DNA of 64,000 bases from Octopus sinensis (GCF_006345805.1 NC_043010.1:13020001-13084000); one strand, 5' to 3'; positions 1 through 12,172 are shown, numbered from the stretch's first letter. Translations and numbers: made by a program. Notes: generated from the sequence alone by a model not told the origin.

Positions 1-142
1 CTGGTACTTATTTAATCGACCCCGAAAGGATGAAAGGCAAAGTCGACCTCTGCGGAATTCGAACTCAGAACATAACAGCAGACGAAATATGGCTACGCAT
101 TTCGCCTAGTGTGCTAATGATTCTGCCAGCTCGCTGCCCTCT
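1..142 (-). mobile_element. SINE family B (tRNA-derived), 5' part, cut by the window edge
   Basis: Reverse complement of the recurring head GGCGGCGAGCTGGCAGAA...GAGTTCAAATTCC (A/B-box like) and core CCTTTCATCCTTTCGGGGTCGAT. Confidence 0.9.
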
Positions 143-369
143 AAGAAGTATAAGTGACCGATACTACAACACACACCTGTGAATGGTATGCCAGCCAGTC
201 ACAGGGTTAAGTTCCTAGCCATTGCTGGAACTCATTTACGACTGAGTAGACTGGAACAATATGAAATAAATGATCATGTTCATGGAATTGAAATCAGGAT
301 TTTATAATTGGGAATGGAATGCAACACATTAACCGCTAGGTAAAGGTGAGGTAAAGGTGTGGTGAAGGT

Positions 370-612
370 TACCTTCTCGAGTTATGCTGACTCATAAGGG
401 CCAGTTTCTCAGTTTCCATGGCAGATAAATTCTCCACCTTCATGGGACACCCTAACCCTAACCCTAATTATTAATTTTTGCCAGCTGAGTGGACTGGAGC
501 AATGTGAAATGAAGTGCTTTGCTCAAGAACACAATGTGTCACCCAGGCAAGGAATTGAAACCACAACCACATAATCATGAATCCAACACCCTAACCACTA
601 AGCCAAGTGCTT
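370..612 (-). mobile_element. SINE family E (tRNA head, MIR-like core)
   Basis: Minus strand reads GTGGTTAGGGTGTTGG...TTCTTGAGCAAAGCACTTCATTTCAC...GGCCCTTATGAGTCAGC; matches copies at 8203 and 45970. Confidence 0.8.
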
Positions 613-664
613 CTACATTAGCCACTAGATCATGCACCTAACAAGAAGAAAAAAATTATCTTGT

Positions 665-885
665 AACTGGTTTCAAATTTTGGCACAAGGCCAGCAAGTT
701 CAAGGAAGCAGGTCAGTTGATTACATGAACCCCCAGTACTCAACTGGTACTTATTTTATCAATCTTGAGAGGATGAAAGGCAAAGTTGACCTAGGTAGAA
801 TTTGAACTCAGAACATAAAGACAAACGAAATGCCACTAAGCATTAGGGCCAGAGCGCTAATGATTCTGCCAGCTCACTGCCTTAC
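665..885 (-). mobile_element. SINE family B, tail variant B2
   Basis: B head and core joined to tail GGCCTTGTGCCAAAATTTGAAACCA. Confidence 0.85.
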
Positions 886-1091
886 TCTTTTACTCGTTCC
901 AGTCATTTGACTGTGGCCATGCTGGAGCACCACCTTTAGTCGAGCAATTCGACCCCAGGACTTATTCTTTGTAAACCTAGTACTTATTCTATCGGTCTCT
1001 TTTGCAGAACCACTAAGTTACATAAACACACCAGCATCGGTTGTCAAGCAATGTTGGGGGGACAAACACAGACACACAAACATATATACAC

Positions 1092-1138
<47 letters not shown>

Positions 1139-1392
1139 ATTAATACAAACATGAAAACACAAACAGATAACACAACGCGAGGACGTGGAACAAATATAGT
1201 GTTATTGGACGCTCAGGAAAGGAAAGAAAGAAGGATGGGCTTCTTTCAGTTTCCGTCAACCAAATCCACTCACAAGGCTTTGGTGAGCCTGAGGCTATAG
1301 TAGAAGACACTTGCCCAAGGTGCCATGCAGTAGGACTGAACCCGGAACCATGTGGTTCCCAAGAAAGCTATTTACCACACAGCCACTCCTAT
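885..1392 (-). mobile_element. SINE family A with about 100-bp foreign insert at 1135-1235
   Basis: Head AGGAGTGGCTGTGTGGTAA..GGTTCAGTCC (A/B box), CCTTGGGCA core, central TA/CA microsatellite, tail GGTGCTCCAGCATGGCC..GTAAAAGAG. Confidence 0.92.
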
Positions 1393-1887
1393 GGACCAAC
1401 TAAATTCAGAATTGCTTAATAATATATAAATTTTGCGTATAAATTCTACTAAAACTTACAGGAAAATTCTTTATGACATAAACTTATTTTTACTCTAAAT
1501 TTTACTTTCAGTTAGCTAAATTAACGATTTTTAAAAAAATATAGTTTAAACTAGAGTATTAAAAATTTTCATTTAGCAAACTACGTCTGAAATTTTCAGC
1601 AGTTGCATTTTGAAGTGTTTTGCTCAGCAGTATTGATAGAGATACATAAATTCACTTGAAATGGGGGTAAAAATGGTGAAAATAAAAGTTAATACAGTGG
1701 TGTGAAGGAAGCTCAAAGCAGTCAGAACTAGCATCAAAGCTGGTAATAGCTTTTTCTTAGTTGATGGATACAAATGGGATATATGGGAAATTACTGAAGA
1801 CATTTAAAGCACCTGTTCCTGTTTTGGGGGTCTAGATGAGGAGAAAATAAAATCTTTGATAAAATGGGTTTCTCCTTCTTTTCAGTA

Positions 1888-2282
1888 AGGAGTGGCTGTG
1901 TGGTAAGTAGCTTGCTTACCAACAACATGGTTCCGGGTTCAGTCCCACTATGTGACACATTGGGCAAGTGTTTTCTGCTATAGCCTCGGGCCGACCAAAG
2001 CCTTGTGAGTGGATTTGGCAGACGGAAACTGAAAGAAGCCCGTCATATATGTGTGTGTGTGTATGTTTGTGTCTGTGTTTGTCCCCCCCCCCGACATCGC
2101 TTGACAACCGATGCTGGTGTGTTTATGTCCCCCATCACTCAGTGGTTCGGCAAGAGAGACCGACAGACTAAGTACTAGGCTTACAAAGAATATGTCCTGG
2201 GGTCGATTTGCTCAACTAAAGGTGGTGCTCCAGCATGACCACAGTCAAATGACTGAAACAAATAAAAGGAAAAGAAAGAAAA
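1888..2282 (+). mobile_element. SINE family A, full length
   Basis: A box TGGCTGTGTGG, B box GGTTCAGTCCC, family tail. Confidence 0.95.
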
Positions 2283-2531
2283 TAAGGTGCTAGTATGGCC
2301 GTGCAGTTAAGAAATTTGCTTCAAAACCAAATGGTTTTGGGTTCTGTCCCACAGCATAGCACCCTAAGCAAGTGCCTTCCACTATTGCCCCATGCTGACC
2401 AAAGCTTTGTGGGTGGGTTTAGTAGACAGGAAAAGTAATAAACCCCTCATCATATGTGTGAGTATGTATATGTGCATGTATATCTGTGTGTGTGTGAGTG
2501 TATGTATGTGTGTGTGTGTGCATGTGTTTGT

Positions 2532-2735
2532 ATCTCTTTTACTCTTTTACTTGTTTCAGTCATTTTGACTGTGGCCATGCTGAAGCACCGCCTTTAGTCG
2601 AGCAAATTGACCCCGGAACTTATTCTTTGTATGCCTAGTACTTACTCTATCGGTCTCTTTTGCCAAACTGCTAAGTTACGGGGACGTAAACACACCAGCA
2701 CCAGTTGTCAAGCGATGTTGGGGGGGACAAACATA
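2532..2735 (-). mobile_element. SINE family A, 3' half
   Basis: Matches family A tail. Confidence 0.85.
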
Positions 2736-3062
2736 GCAGGAACATTGGACCACATTATCCCATATGTTCTCTTTCAAATGTTAGGGTGAGAATTTAGGGA
2801 GACTTATCTGCTATTTTTAGCAGATCTTGTGGGCATGTAGAAGCTACTTTTTTTTTACAATGAGAGAGGAGGTTAAAGAAAATGGGGAATTAAAGTATAA
2901 TGAAGCAAACATCTCCTAAATTCTAAAAAATCCTAAGAAATTGAGTTCAGTTTCGTACCTTGTAGTAAATAGGGAGTCATTCTATAATTACAGCCAACAG
3001 AGGGGATCTCCTTTTATGCCTGGTTTCTCAATCAGTGAGCAAAAGCAGCCAAATCTCCCTCA

Positions 3063-3282
3063 AACCACTTCTTAGTCATCGTCATCATCATCGTCATCAT
3101 CTTTGCCATCATCGCCATCGTCATTGTTGTCATTATTGTCACCATTGCCAATGTCATCATCAACATCATTGTCATCGTCATCATCATCGTCATCATCTTT
3201 GCCATCATCGTCATCGTCATCATTATCATCACCATTGCCTGTCATCATCATCATCATCGTCATCATTGCTGTCATCACCAGT
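3063..3282. repeat. (CAT/CGT)n trinucleotide mosaic
   Basis: Direct inspection; generates His-, Ser-, Asp- and Met-rich pseudo-ORFs. Confidence 0.9.
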
Positions 3283-3414
3283 GCAGTGGCAGCAGCATTT
3301 TAACATCTACTTTTCCATACTTGAACAGAGTTTATTGAAACAGGTTTTGTATTGCCCGATGCCCTTCCTGTCACCATCCATCATGGTCTTGTGCTTCCAT
3401 GCCTCATACGAATG

Positions 3415-3562
3415 TATCGACCCCGGGACTTATTCTTTGGAAGCCTAGTACTTATTCTATTGTTCTCTTTTGCCGAACCATTAAGTGACGGGGACATAAA
3501 CACACCAGCATCGGTTGTCAAGCAATGCTAGGGGGACAAATACAGACACACAAACATACACG

Positions 3563-3606
<44 letters not shown>

Positions 3607-3776
3607 CATATATACGACGGGCTTCTTTCAGTTTCCGTCAACCAAATCCATTCACAAGGCTTTGGTCGGCCAGAGGCTATAGTAGAAGACACTTGCCCAA
3701 GGTGCCACACAGTGGGACTGAACCCAGAACCATGTTGTTGGTAAGCAAGCTGCTTACCACACAGCCACTCCTGCAC
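3415..3776 (-). mobile_element. SINE family A
   Basis: Family head, core and most of tail. Confidence 0.92.
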
Positions 3777-3987
3777 CTGTATGTGTGTGACTTTTGAAAG
3801 ACAAGTGTAAGACACTGTCAAATTGTTATTTCTTTAATAATTTGAAATGATAAAACTTTACTTCTCTGTTATAGATTAGCTCTTCCTTCATTGGAAAAAT
3901 ATTAAAAAGATATACAACTGTCGTACACACGCACCTCTACTCTCATCCTATACACATACACACACACACATTCATGTCTCTCTCTGT

Positions 3988-4367
3988 TAGCACTCCGTCG
4001 GTTACGACGATGAGGGTTCCGGTTGATCCGAATCAACGGAACAGCTTGCTCGTGAAATTAACATGCAAGTGGCTGAGCACTCCACAGACACGTGCACCCT
4101 TAATGTAGTTCTCGGAGATATTCAGCGTGACACAGAGAGTGACAAGGCCGGCCCCTTGAAATACAGGTACAACAGAAACAGGAAGTAAGAGTGAGAGAAA
4201 GTTGTGGTGAAAGAGTACAGCAGGGTTCACCACCACCCCCTGCCGGAGCCTCATGGAGCTTTAGGTGTTTTCGCTCAATAAACACTCACAATGCCCGGTC
4301 TGGGAATCGAAACTGCGATCCTATGACCACGAGTCCGCTGCCCTAACCACTGGACCATTGCGCCTCT
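3988..4367 (-). mobile_element. SINE family D (tRNA-Arg-like head), tail type 1
   Basis: Minus strand reads GAGGCGCAATGGTCCAGTGGTTAGGGCAGCGGACTCG..TTTCGATTCCC; first ~190 nt shared with 22437 and 46448. Confidence 0.9.
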
Positions 4368-5014
4368 ACTACACATTCATGTAAACATAGTGTGACAGCA
4401 TCAAAGTCATCATCATCATCATTATCATCAGTTTTCATACTAGCACAGGCAGAACAGTCCAAATTAGTTCTAATTCAGAGTTACTAATTTCCTAAGCAAG
4501 TTGGAGGATTACTTCTCATTCACACATTTATATTTTGCACAATATTTAAAGCTCAACACCCTCTCCAACACCAGCCATATTACACATATTTAAATGAGGG
4601 AGGATTCATATTTACCATCCCTCATCTTTTTGCCTAGAATCATTCATTATCCTCTCTTATTTTCCTCGTGTTATAAAGCCAATTTTAGACCCTTAACTTT
4701 GCAAATTACAAGGCAATTTTCACTAATATTGGTACCATGTAAAAAAAAATACCCCGTACATTCTGGAAAGTGGTTGGCATTAGAAAGCATATCCAGTGAT
4801 AGAAAACAATGCCAAAGTACAGATTAGGGCATGACACAATCATCCAACTCATCTGTTAACTAGCAGAGACAGTGGCTCTCAATCAGGGTTCATAAGACCC
4901 TTACAAGGTCCATATAAGATTTCGTTCTTAAAATCTATGTGCATTAAATTGGCTCAATTTGTACAAAACACAAAATATCTTTTAATGATTTCTTTTACAA
5001 TTTCTAATAATATT

Positions 5015-5450
5015 TACTCTTACTCTTTTAATTGTTTCAGTCATTTGACTGCGGCCATGCTGGAGCACCGCCTTTAGTCGAGGAAATCGACTCCAGGACT
5101 TATTCTTTGGAAGCCTGGTACTTATTCTATCGGTCTCTTTTACCGAACCGCTAAGTTACTGGGACGTAAATACACCATCATCGGTTGTCAGGCGATGTTG
5201 GGGTGGGGGGACAAACACAGACACACAAACATATACACACATATACATATATATATATATACACATATACGACAGGCTTCATTCAGTTTCCATCTACCAA
5301 ATCCACTCACAAGGCTTTGGTCGGCCCAAGGCTATAGTAGAAGACACTTGCCCAAGGTGCCACACAGTGGGACTGTACCTGGAATCATGTGGTTGTTAAG
5401 CAAGCTACTTACCACACAGTCACTCCTTTGCCTATACATATATATATATG
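5015..5450 (-). mobile_element. SINE family A
   Basis: Family consensus match. Confidence 0.92.
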
Positions 5451-5620
5451 TGTATGTATATACGTATGTTCTCTTCTGTTTTAAATTATTTAACTTCTTC
5501 AGCAGAGGAAGGAGTTGGTACATGACAAAGATATAAAACTCCATCGTTGCAAATATAGATAACCAAAAATTTCACATTTTAAACTTGAGAAAAGCCTTAC
5601 ATATTTTTACTATTCTACAT

Positions 5621-5877
5621 CTATGTATGCATGTATGTATGTATGTATGTGTGTGTATGTATGTATGTGTGTGTATGTATGTATGTATGTATGCATGTAT
5701 GTATGTATGCATGTATGTATGTATGTACGTACGTATGTATGTATGTATGTATGTATGCATGCATGTATGTATGTATGTATGTATGCATGTATATATATAT
5801 ATGTATGTATGTATGCATGCATGAATGTGTGTGTATGTATGTGTGTGTATGTATGTATGTATGTATGTATGTATGTA

Positions 5878-5924
<47 letters not shown>

Positions 5925-5933
5925 ATGTATGTA

Positions 5934-5966
<33 letters not shown>

Positions 5967-6118
5967 ATGTATGTATGTATGTGTGTGTATGTATGTATGT
6001 GTGTGTATGTATGTATGTATGTGTGTGTATGTATGCATGTGTATGTGTATGTGTATGTGTGTGTATGTATGTATATATGTATGTGTGTATGTATGTATAT
6101 ATATGTATGTATGTATTT
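5621..6118. repeat. (TATG)n/(TG)n microsatellite block
   Basis: Direct inspection. Confidence 0.98.
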
Positions 6119-6389
6119 GCTGTGTATATCTTACTCACTTCGATTTTCAGAATGTTTGACTTTCTAACAGTTCTCTAAATCTACTACCTTTGAATAATTC
6201 TGTAATATTGAACATATTATTGATTATATATAAATAAACAAGATAATAAATTTTAAGAGCAGCTATTAAAGATATATACTGACTGAATAAGAGGAACTGT
6301 GACATCTTTATATTACTGCAGAACTTAAACGAATGTCAGTGACATTGTAGATTTGCAGCACAGTAGTAAAGCTGTAAAAGCAAAATATT

Positions 6390-6700
6390 GGTTTCAAATT
6401 TCGGCAAAAGACCAGTAGTTCAGGGAAAGGGGTGAGTCAATTACATGGACCCCAGTACTCAACTGGTACTTATTTTATCAACCCTGGAATGACAAACGAC
6501 GAAGTCAAATACAGCAGAATTAGAACTCAACAGTAATAACAGGCGTAGCTGTGTGGTAAGAAGCTTGCTCCCCAACCGCATGGTTTTGGGTTCAGTCCCA
6601 CCGTGTGGCACATTGGGCAAGTGTCTTCTACTATAGCTTCAGGCTGACCAAAGCCTTGTGAGTGGATTTGGTAGACAGAAACTGAAAGAAGCCCATCATA
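6390..6700. mobile_element. SINE B2 remnant (minus) followed by SINE A 5' half (plus)
   Basis: Family motifs. Confidence 0.8.
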
Positions 6701-6711
6701 TTTATATATAT

Positions 6712-7100
6712 ACTAGCAGTATTGCCCGGCGTTGCTAGGGTTTGTTTCGACCCCATAGATTTGGAATTTTTGAAAAGTAAAAATTTTGCATTATGTAGTT
6801 TGTTATTCTCTTTAAGTGAACATTTTTCTGGTTGAAATATACCAAAAAATGGCGACACAGCAGTCAAAAAATCATAAAAAATAGGGATTTTCATAGAAAA
6901 AAACACACCTTTTTGATGTAAATAGTTTTTGGTGTTAACATGGTCTGATCTGAATTTTTTCTTCTACGGAAGGAAGAACAAGCTTTCTTCTATCATACTA
7001 TCAATTTTGGTCAACTTGCGCCGCAGGGTTTTGGAGGAGATAGTGTTAGTTTAAGGCTACCAAACCTGCCATACACAGACAACTTCAGCTTTATATATAT
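6712..7100 (+). mobile_element. Non-autonomous Helitron/Helentron-like (DINE/HINE-type) element
   Basis: Sits in a TA run; starts ACTAGCAG..CCCGGCGTTGCTAGGG (5' hairpin); ends GGAGGAGAT...CACAGACAACTTCAGCTTTATATATAT, the usual architecture of this class. Confidence 0.7.
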
Positions 7101-7429
7101 ATTTTTGTTGATCAAATAATTGCATTGTTGAATTATTCTTTTAGATCAGTATTTCTCAACGGGGATTTCAGGGGAGAGTTAAAAGGGAGTCGCTGGCGAT
7201 GTATCGTGATGATCAAAAATCTGGCCTGCTAAAATTTGGTTAAAGTGATTCAAACTGCAGACTCAACACAAAATGGTCACATTTAATTCAAAGTGTTAAA
7301 AATGTTATGAAAACAATTGGTATGTGTTCACAAAGTCAAAACGATTAATACGAAAAAACCCTCCAGGCTACATCCTGAAAATTCATTTCTTTGCCGAATT
7401 TCTACAAAGTTCACGGCAATTCATTTTTA

Positions 7430-7761
7430 TATCTTGATTTTTTAAATTTTTCATGCAATTTACGCATGCTTGCACGCATGGTGAACACAGTTCACGTCAA
7501 ACAGCTGACTGAGTAAAGTTCACTATTTAATGCATGGGATAAGGCCTAAACAAACACATTATCGATTTTTGCACTTGCGAGATGAATTTCGGAACAGAAA
7601 TAGTGCAGTTCAATTTTCATTCGCCTAAACTTTAAGTGACCCATTTTTTGGTGGTTCTACGATTTGTTGGCTAGGAGGAGATGTGCCGGGAAGTTAAACA
7701 CACAGACACACACAAACAGATACACACACAGACACACAAGTTGAGTTTTATATATATAGAT
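7430..7761 (+). mobile_element. Second Helentron/HINE-like 3' end
   Basis: GGAGGAGATGTG..(ACAC/AGAC) microsatellite..GAGTTTTATATATATAGAT. Confidence 0.6.
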
Positions 7762-8002
7762 ATATTGTTGCTATTATGCAAAAGTGTTGTAGGTCCAAAA
7801 CGTTGCTTATTCAGAAAATGAAAAAATACACCATTCCATATCAAAACTAGTGTACTTTGACAATTTTTGATGTCTTGGCATCTGAAGCAGCTGGAAATAC
7901 GATAGTTTGACCCAAAGAACCAACTATTGCAAGCCAAAATAATATTGAAAAAAATGCATTTAGCCAAATTTTGACATATGACAGTTTAACATAATACCAA
8001 CG

Positions 8003-8047
<45 letters not shown>

Positions 8048-8202
8048 TATACATACACACATACATATACATATACACACACATACATATACATACACAC
8101 ACACACATATATATTATAGTGTATACATGTATATTATATACACACACATATATATTAATGTGCATGTGAAAGTTATATGTGTATAGTATACACACACACA
8201 TA

Positions 8203-8600
8203 AGTGGTAACACATGGTTTAGTGGTTAGGATGTTGCACTCATGGTTGTAAGATTGTGATTTCAATTCCTGTGCTGGGCAATGCATTGTGTTCTTGAGCA
8301 AAACACTTCATTTCACGTTGCTCAGCTGACAAAAATAAGAGTTCCTGCAATGGAACAGTGTCTCATCCAGGGAGGGCCCATATATACCACAAAAACCAAG
8401 AAACATGGCCTATGAGTCTATATGACTTGGAAAAAGCACTGAGTACAATCTGCAGAGTGGTTGGTGTTAGGAAGGACATCCAGCCATGAAAACCCTACCA
8501 AGAGAGGTAGTTTTCTACCTGGCTGGCTCCTGTCAACTGTCCCACCTATATATGGAAGACAGACGTTAACCAATGAGGATGAGGATGATGATGACGATGA
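8203..8600 (+). mobile_element. SINE family E followed by an older family C 3' fragment
   Basis: GTGGTTAGGATGTTG head; GGTGTTAGGAAGGACATCCAGC and (GAT)n tail. Confidence 0.75.
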
Positions 8601-8954
8601 TGATATATGTGTGAATGTGTGTGTACATGACAAGCTTCTTTCAGTTTCCATCTTTCAGATCCACTCACAAGGTTTTATGGTCAGCCTGGATTTATAATAG
8701 ATGACACTTACCAGGATGCTATTTTGTGGGACTGAACCTAGAACCATCTGGTTGGGAAGCAAAGTCCTTACCAGGCAGCTACACATGCACCTATGCACCT
8801 ATAAATGATTCAACAGAGTCTATATACCACAAATTCTCTAACAAAACATTTAGCTGAAGTATATGAAAGCATTGAGACCTTGCTTTTAAAGTTTATAGTT
8901 TTACAAAATTTTCATGTCAAAATTAGGATCTGTTTTAGAGGATCTGTCTTGTAG

Positions 8955-9362
8955 ACACAGGAGTGGCTGTGTTTGTAGGTGCAGGAGTGGCTGTATGGTA
9001 AGTAGCTTGCTTACCAACCACATGGTTCCAGGTTCGGTCCTACTGCATGGCACCTTGGTCAAGTGTCTTCTACTATAGCCTCGGACTGACCAAAGCCTTG
9101 TGAGTGGATTTGGTAGATGGAAACTGAAAGAAGCCCGTCGTATATGTTTAGAGATATATGTGTGTGTTTGTGTGTCTGTGTTTGTCCGCCCCAATATCGC
9201 TTGACAACTGATGCTGGTGTGTTTACGTCCCCATAACTTAGCTGTTCAGCACAAAAGACCGATAGAATAAGTACTAGGCTTACAAAAAATAAGTCCTGGG
9301 GTCGATTAGCATGCTCCAGCATGGCTACAGTCAAATGACTGACACAAGTAAAAGAGTAAAAG
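8955..9362 (+). mobile_element. SINE family A with duplicated first ~20 nt
   Basis: AGGAGTGGCTGT appears twice at the 5' end; full family body follows. Confidence 0.92.
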
Positions 9363-9669
9363 AAAGGTTATAAGTTCTTTAATGACAAGAAACATAGTAT
9401 TCTTAGTAATACATTATTCAGTTTGTTCTTTCCCCATTTAAGATGCTAGTGTGTAATTGAGAAAGATTTGGTTGTTATTTCTAGTAAAGCAAGTTACCAT
9501 GTACAGATCTCTTGTTGTTTCATGGGAGTTTTCACACTTTGTGTGGTGTACATCTGGCAGTGGGATTGTGAATATGAGAAAGGGGTGGGATTGAAAACTT
9601 TGCCAAAAGCTGCAAATGTGGTTGATTATTTCTGGTAATGTTACAGAGTGAGCTTAGCTGACAGTATTT

Positions 9670-9834
9670 GAATCTGCCTGCCTGTCTGCCAGTCTGTCTG
9701 CCTGCCTACCTACTTACCTACCTACCTACCCCTACCTACATACATACCTACCTACATATCTATCTATTCTATCTATCTACTTATCTATCGATCCATCATC
9801 CATCATCCATCATCCATCCATCCATCATCCATCC

Positions 9835-9893
<59 letters not shown>

Positions 9894-10060
9894 AATCTAT
9901 CTATCTAACCTACCTACCTACTTACCTACATACCTACCTACTTACCTACCTACCTACCTACCTACCTATCTATCTATCTATCTATCAACATGTATGTATA
10001 TATATATATGTGTGTGTAGTATACTCGTTTGTGTATGTGTGTGTGTGTGTGTATGTGCAT
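9670..10060. repeat. (CCTA)/(TCTA)/(CATC) tetranucleotide mosaic
   Basis: Direct inspection. Confidence 0.95.
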
Positions 10061-10656
10061 TTATGTGTTGGTGGAGGGGTTAATTAAGGCATGAGTTTCT
10101 GTAAATGTGTGTCTATATGAACATGTGTGTGTATGTGTGTGCGTGTGTAACATATTGTGTAACTGTATATGTGACTGTAAGTGCTGAAATGTGCATGTAT
10201 GTATATTCACAATGAAATATGCTGCTCATTGTTGTTGTTGTTGTTATTATTCTCATGGGATGATGGGAGATCAGTGTAAAGACAGCTGTATGTTCAGCAA
10301 TTTTCTCAACTCGGAAAATCTCAAGAGACTTTCCTAGAAAGGGAGATGAGCAGCCTGTAATAACCTGTTGTGGCTTTATCAGTTGTTTCTGTGCACACAC
10401 TCGTAACTTCATGCACCTCCTACTCTCTTTCTCTCTCTCCCTCCTCCTCCTCTCTCTCTCACAGTCATTCATTCTCTCTCTCTCCCTCCTCATCTCTCTC
10501 TCCCTCCTCATCTCTCTCTCCCACAGTCATTCATTCTCTCTCTCTCTCTCTTTCTCTCTCTGTGTCTTTCTCCCTTTATGTGCACACTTCATAACATAGC
10601 AAGGTAGAATTGATTATCTTTCGGAAAAAAGTTCTTCAATATTTTGTTTTAACATA

Positions 10657-11150
10657 AGGCAGCGAACTGGCAGAACCATTACCATGCTAAGGCAGCGTGC
10701 TGGCAGAAACGTTTGCACGCCGGGCGAAATGCTCAACAGTATTTCGTCTGCCTTTATGTTCTGAGTTCAAATTCTGCCGAGGCCCACATTGCCTTTCATC
10801 CTTTCGGAGTCAATATATTAAGTACCAGTTGTGTACTGGAGTTGATCTAATTGACTGGCCCCCTCTCAAAGAATTTCGCACCTTGGGCCTAGAGAGAAAA
10901 GAATCATTAGCATCCTGGGTGAAATGCTTTTTTTCTTTTTTTTTTTCTTCATTGATTTCAGTCATTTGCCTGTGGCTATGCTGGAGCACCGCCTTTAGTC
11001 GAACAAATCAACCCCAGAACTTATTATTTGTAAGCCAAGTACTTATTCTATTGGTTTCTTTTGCTGAAGCGTTAAGTTACAGGGATGTAAACACACCAAC
11101 ATCAGTTGGCAAGTGATGGTGAGGGGAGAAAAAACACAGACAAACAAACA
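10657..11150. mobile_element. SINE B2 (plus, duplicated head) abutting SINE A tail (minus)
   Basis: GGCAGCG(AA/TG)CTGGCAGAA twice; family cores. Confidence 0.85.
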
Positions 11151-11379
11151 TATACATACATATATACATTCATTACATTGCTCATGTGTGTATTTATCAT
11201 AGAATTGGTGGTTTTTTGAGCATTCGGTTTGATTTTTTGCAAGCGGTATCTTTGCCCTTCTTTTCTTCAAATAATTTATATCATACCTGTTTAGGTAGAA
11301 GTCTTGCTAGCCACCTCATTATTACTATTTTTAATAGTAATAATACTTCACATATTTACATGCATATATATATATCTTT

Positions 11380-11525
11380 CCTTTTCCTATGTTTCTGATG
11401 AAGAGCTCCACTCGAAACGTTAAACCCTCCTTCTTCCTTCTTTCCTGAGCATCCAATAATACTATACTTGTTCCATGTCCTTGCGTTGTTGTGTTTTCTC
11501 TTTGTGTTTTCATGTGTGGATTAAC
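11380..11525 (+). mobile_element. Penelope-like pseudo-LTR fragment
   Basis: CTGATGAAGAG..CTCGAAACGT motif typical of Penelope-like element ends; the downstream ~100 bp recurs inverted at 1135-1235. Confidence 0.65.
11391..11425 (+). ncRNA. Minimal type I hammerhead ribozyme motif
   Basis: GTTT-CTGATGA-A-GAG(CTCCA)CTC-GAAA-C-G-T-T-AAAC: stem I GTTT/AAAC, stem II GAG/CTC, palindromic ACGT stem III. Confidence 0.65.
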
Positions 11526-11920
11526 TTTATATATATATATATATATATCACCGTGATCAACCAGGCTATCAGATGTTGCTACACATCGCTGGTCAGAATG
11601 TGCTTCACATTGTTTTAGCCTTCAAATGACGCCACCCTGCTGGCTAAGCACGCTGGCCATATATATATATATATAAAGATGAGTGTATTTTTGCCTTGTT
11701 AACAATTAACATGGAAAAAATAAATAACTAGTTACCAGGGTAGAAAAAATCACACAAGTAAAGAAGTTCATAAAGGTAGAAATTTCGTGTTTACATGTAA
11801 TTTTTTGTATAATATATAAATAAATAAATGGAGTTTAATGCAGGTATGAATCAAATACTTTTACTTTCGAAAATTCCAAAATTTTGCTAAAATGTCTTAT
11901 TGACGAGTTTCATTTTTTCA

Positions 11921-12003
11921 CTTTCCTGAAGAGAAGATTGCATTGTTTTATACCATTTATTCTTTTGAATAATATCAGTGAAATTTTTGAAACGTGTCGA
12001 AAG
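11921..12003 (+). ncRNA. Type I hammerhead ribozyme motif with long stem II
   Basis: CTTTC-CTGAAGA-GAAGATT..56 nt..AATTTTT-GAAA-C-GT-GTC-GAAAG: stem I CTTTC/GAAAG, canonical core, GUC cleavage triplet. Confidence 0.7.
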
Positions 12004-12039
12004 CAAAAGTATTTGATTTATACCTGGTTAAACTCAATT

Positions 12040-12172
12040 TATTTATTTATATATATAATATATAATATATATATTATATATATTACACATACATATATAT
12101 ATATACACATACACACACATATATATAATATACCTACATATATATATATATATACATACATACAATATATAT

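Noticed and set aside
448-466. Interstitial telomere seed (CCCTAA)3
   Set aside because: Too short and embedded in a SINE; similar runs elsewhere belong to MITE bodies.
3032-3448. His/Cys-rich or poly-Asp proteins (also 52028-52663)
   Set aside because: Trinucleotide mosaics open in most frames, with no splice context or unique coding flank.
5572-6178. Long ORFs of HTYI/MYVC type (also at 13.3, 17.4, 49.7-60.5 kb)
   Set aside because: They are translations of stop-poor microsatellites, open on both strands in several frames.
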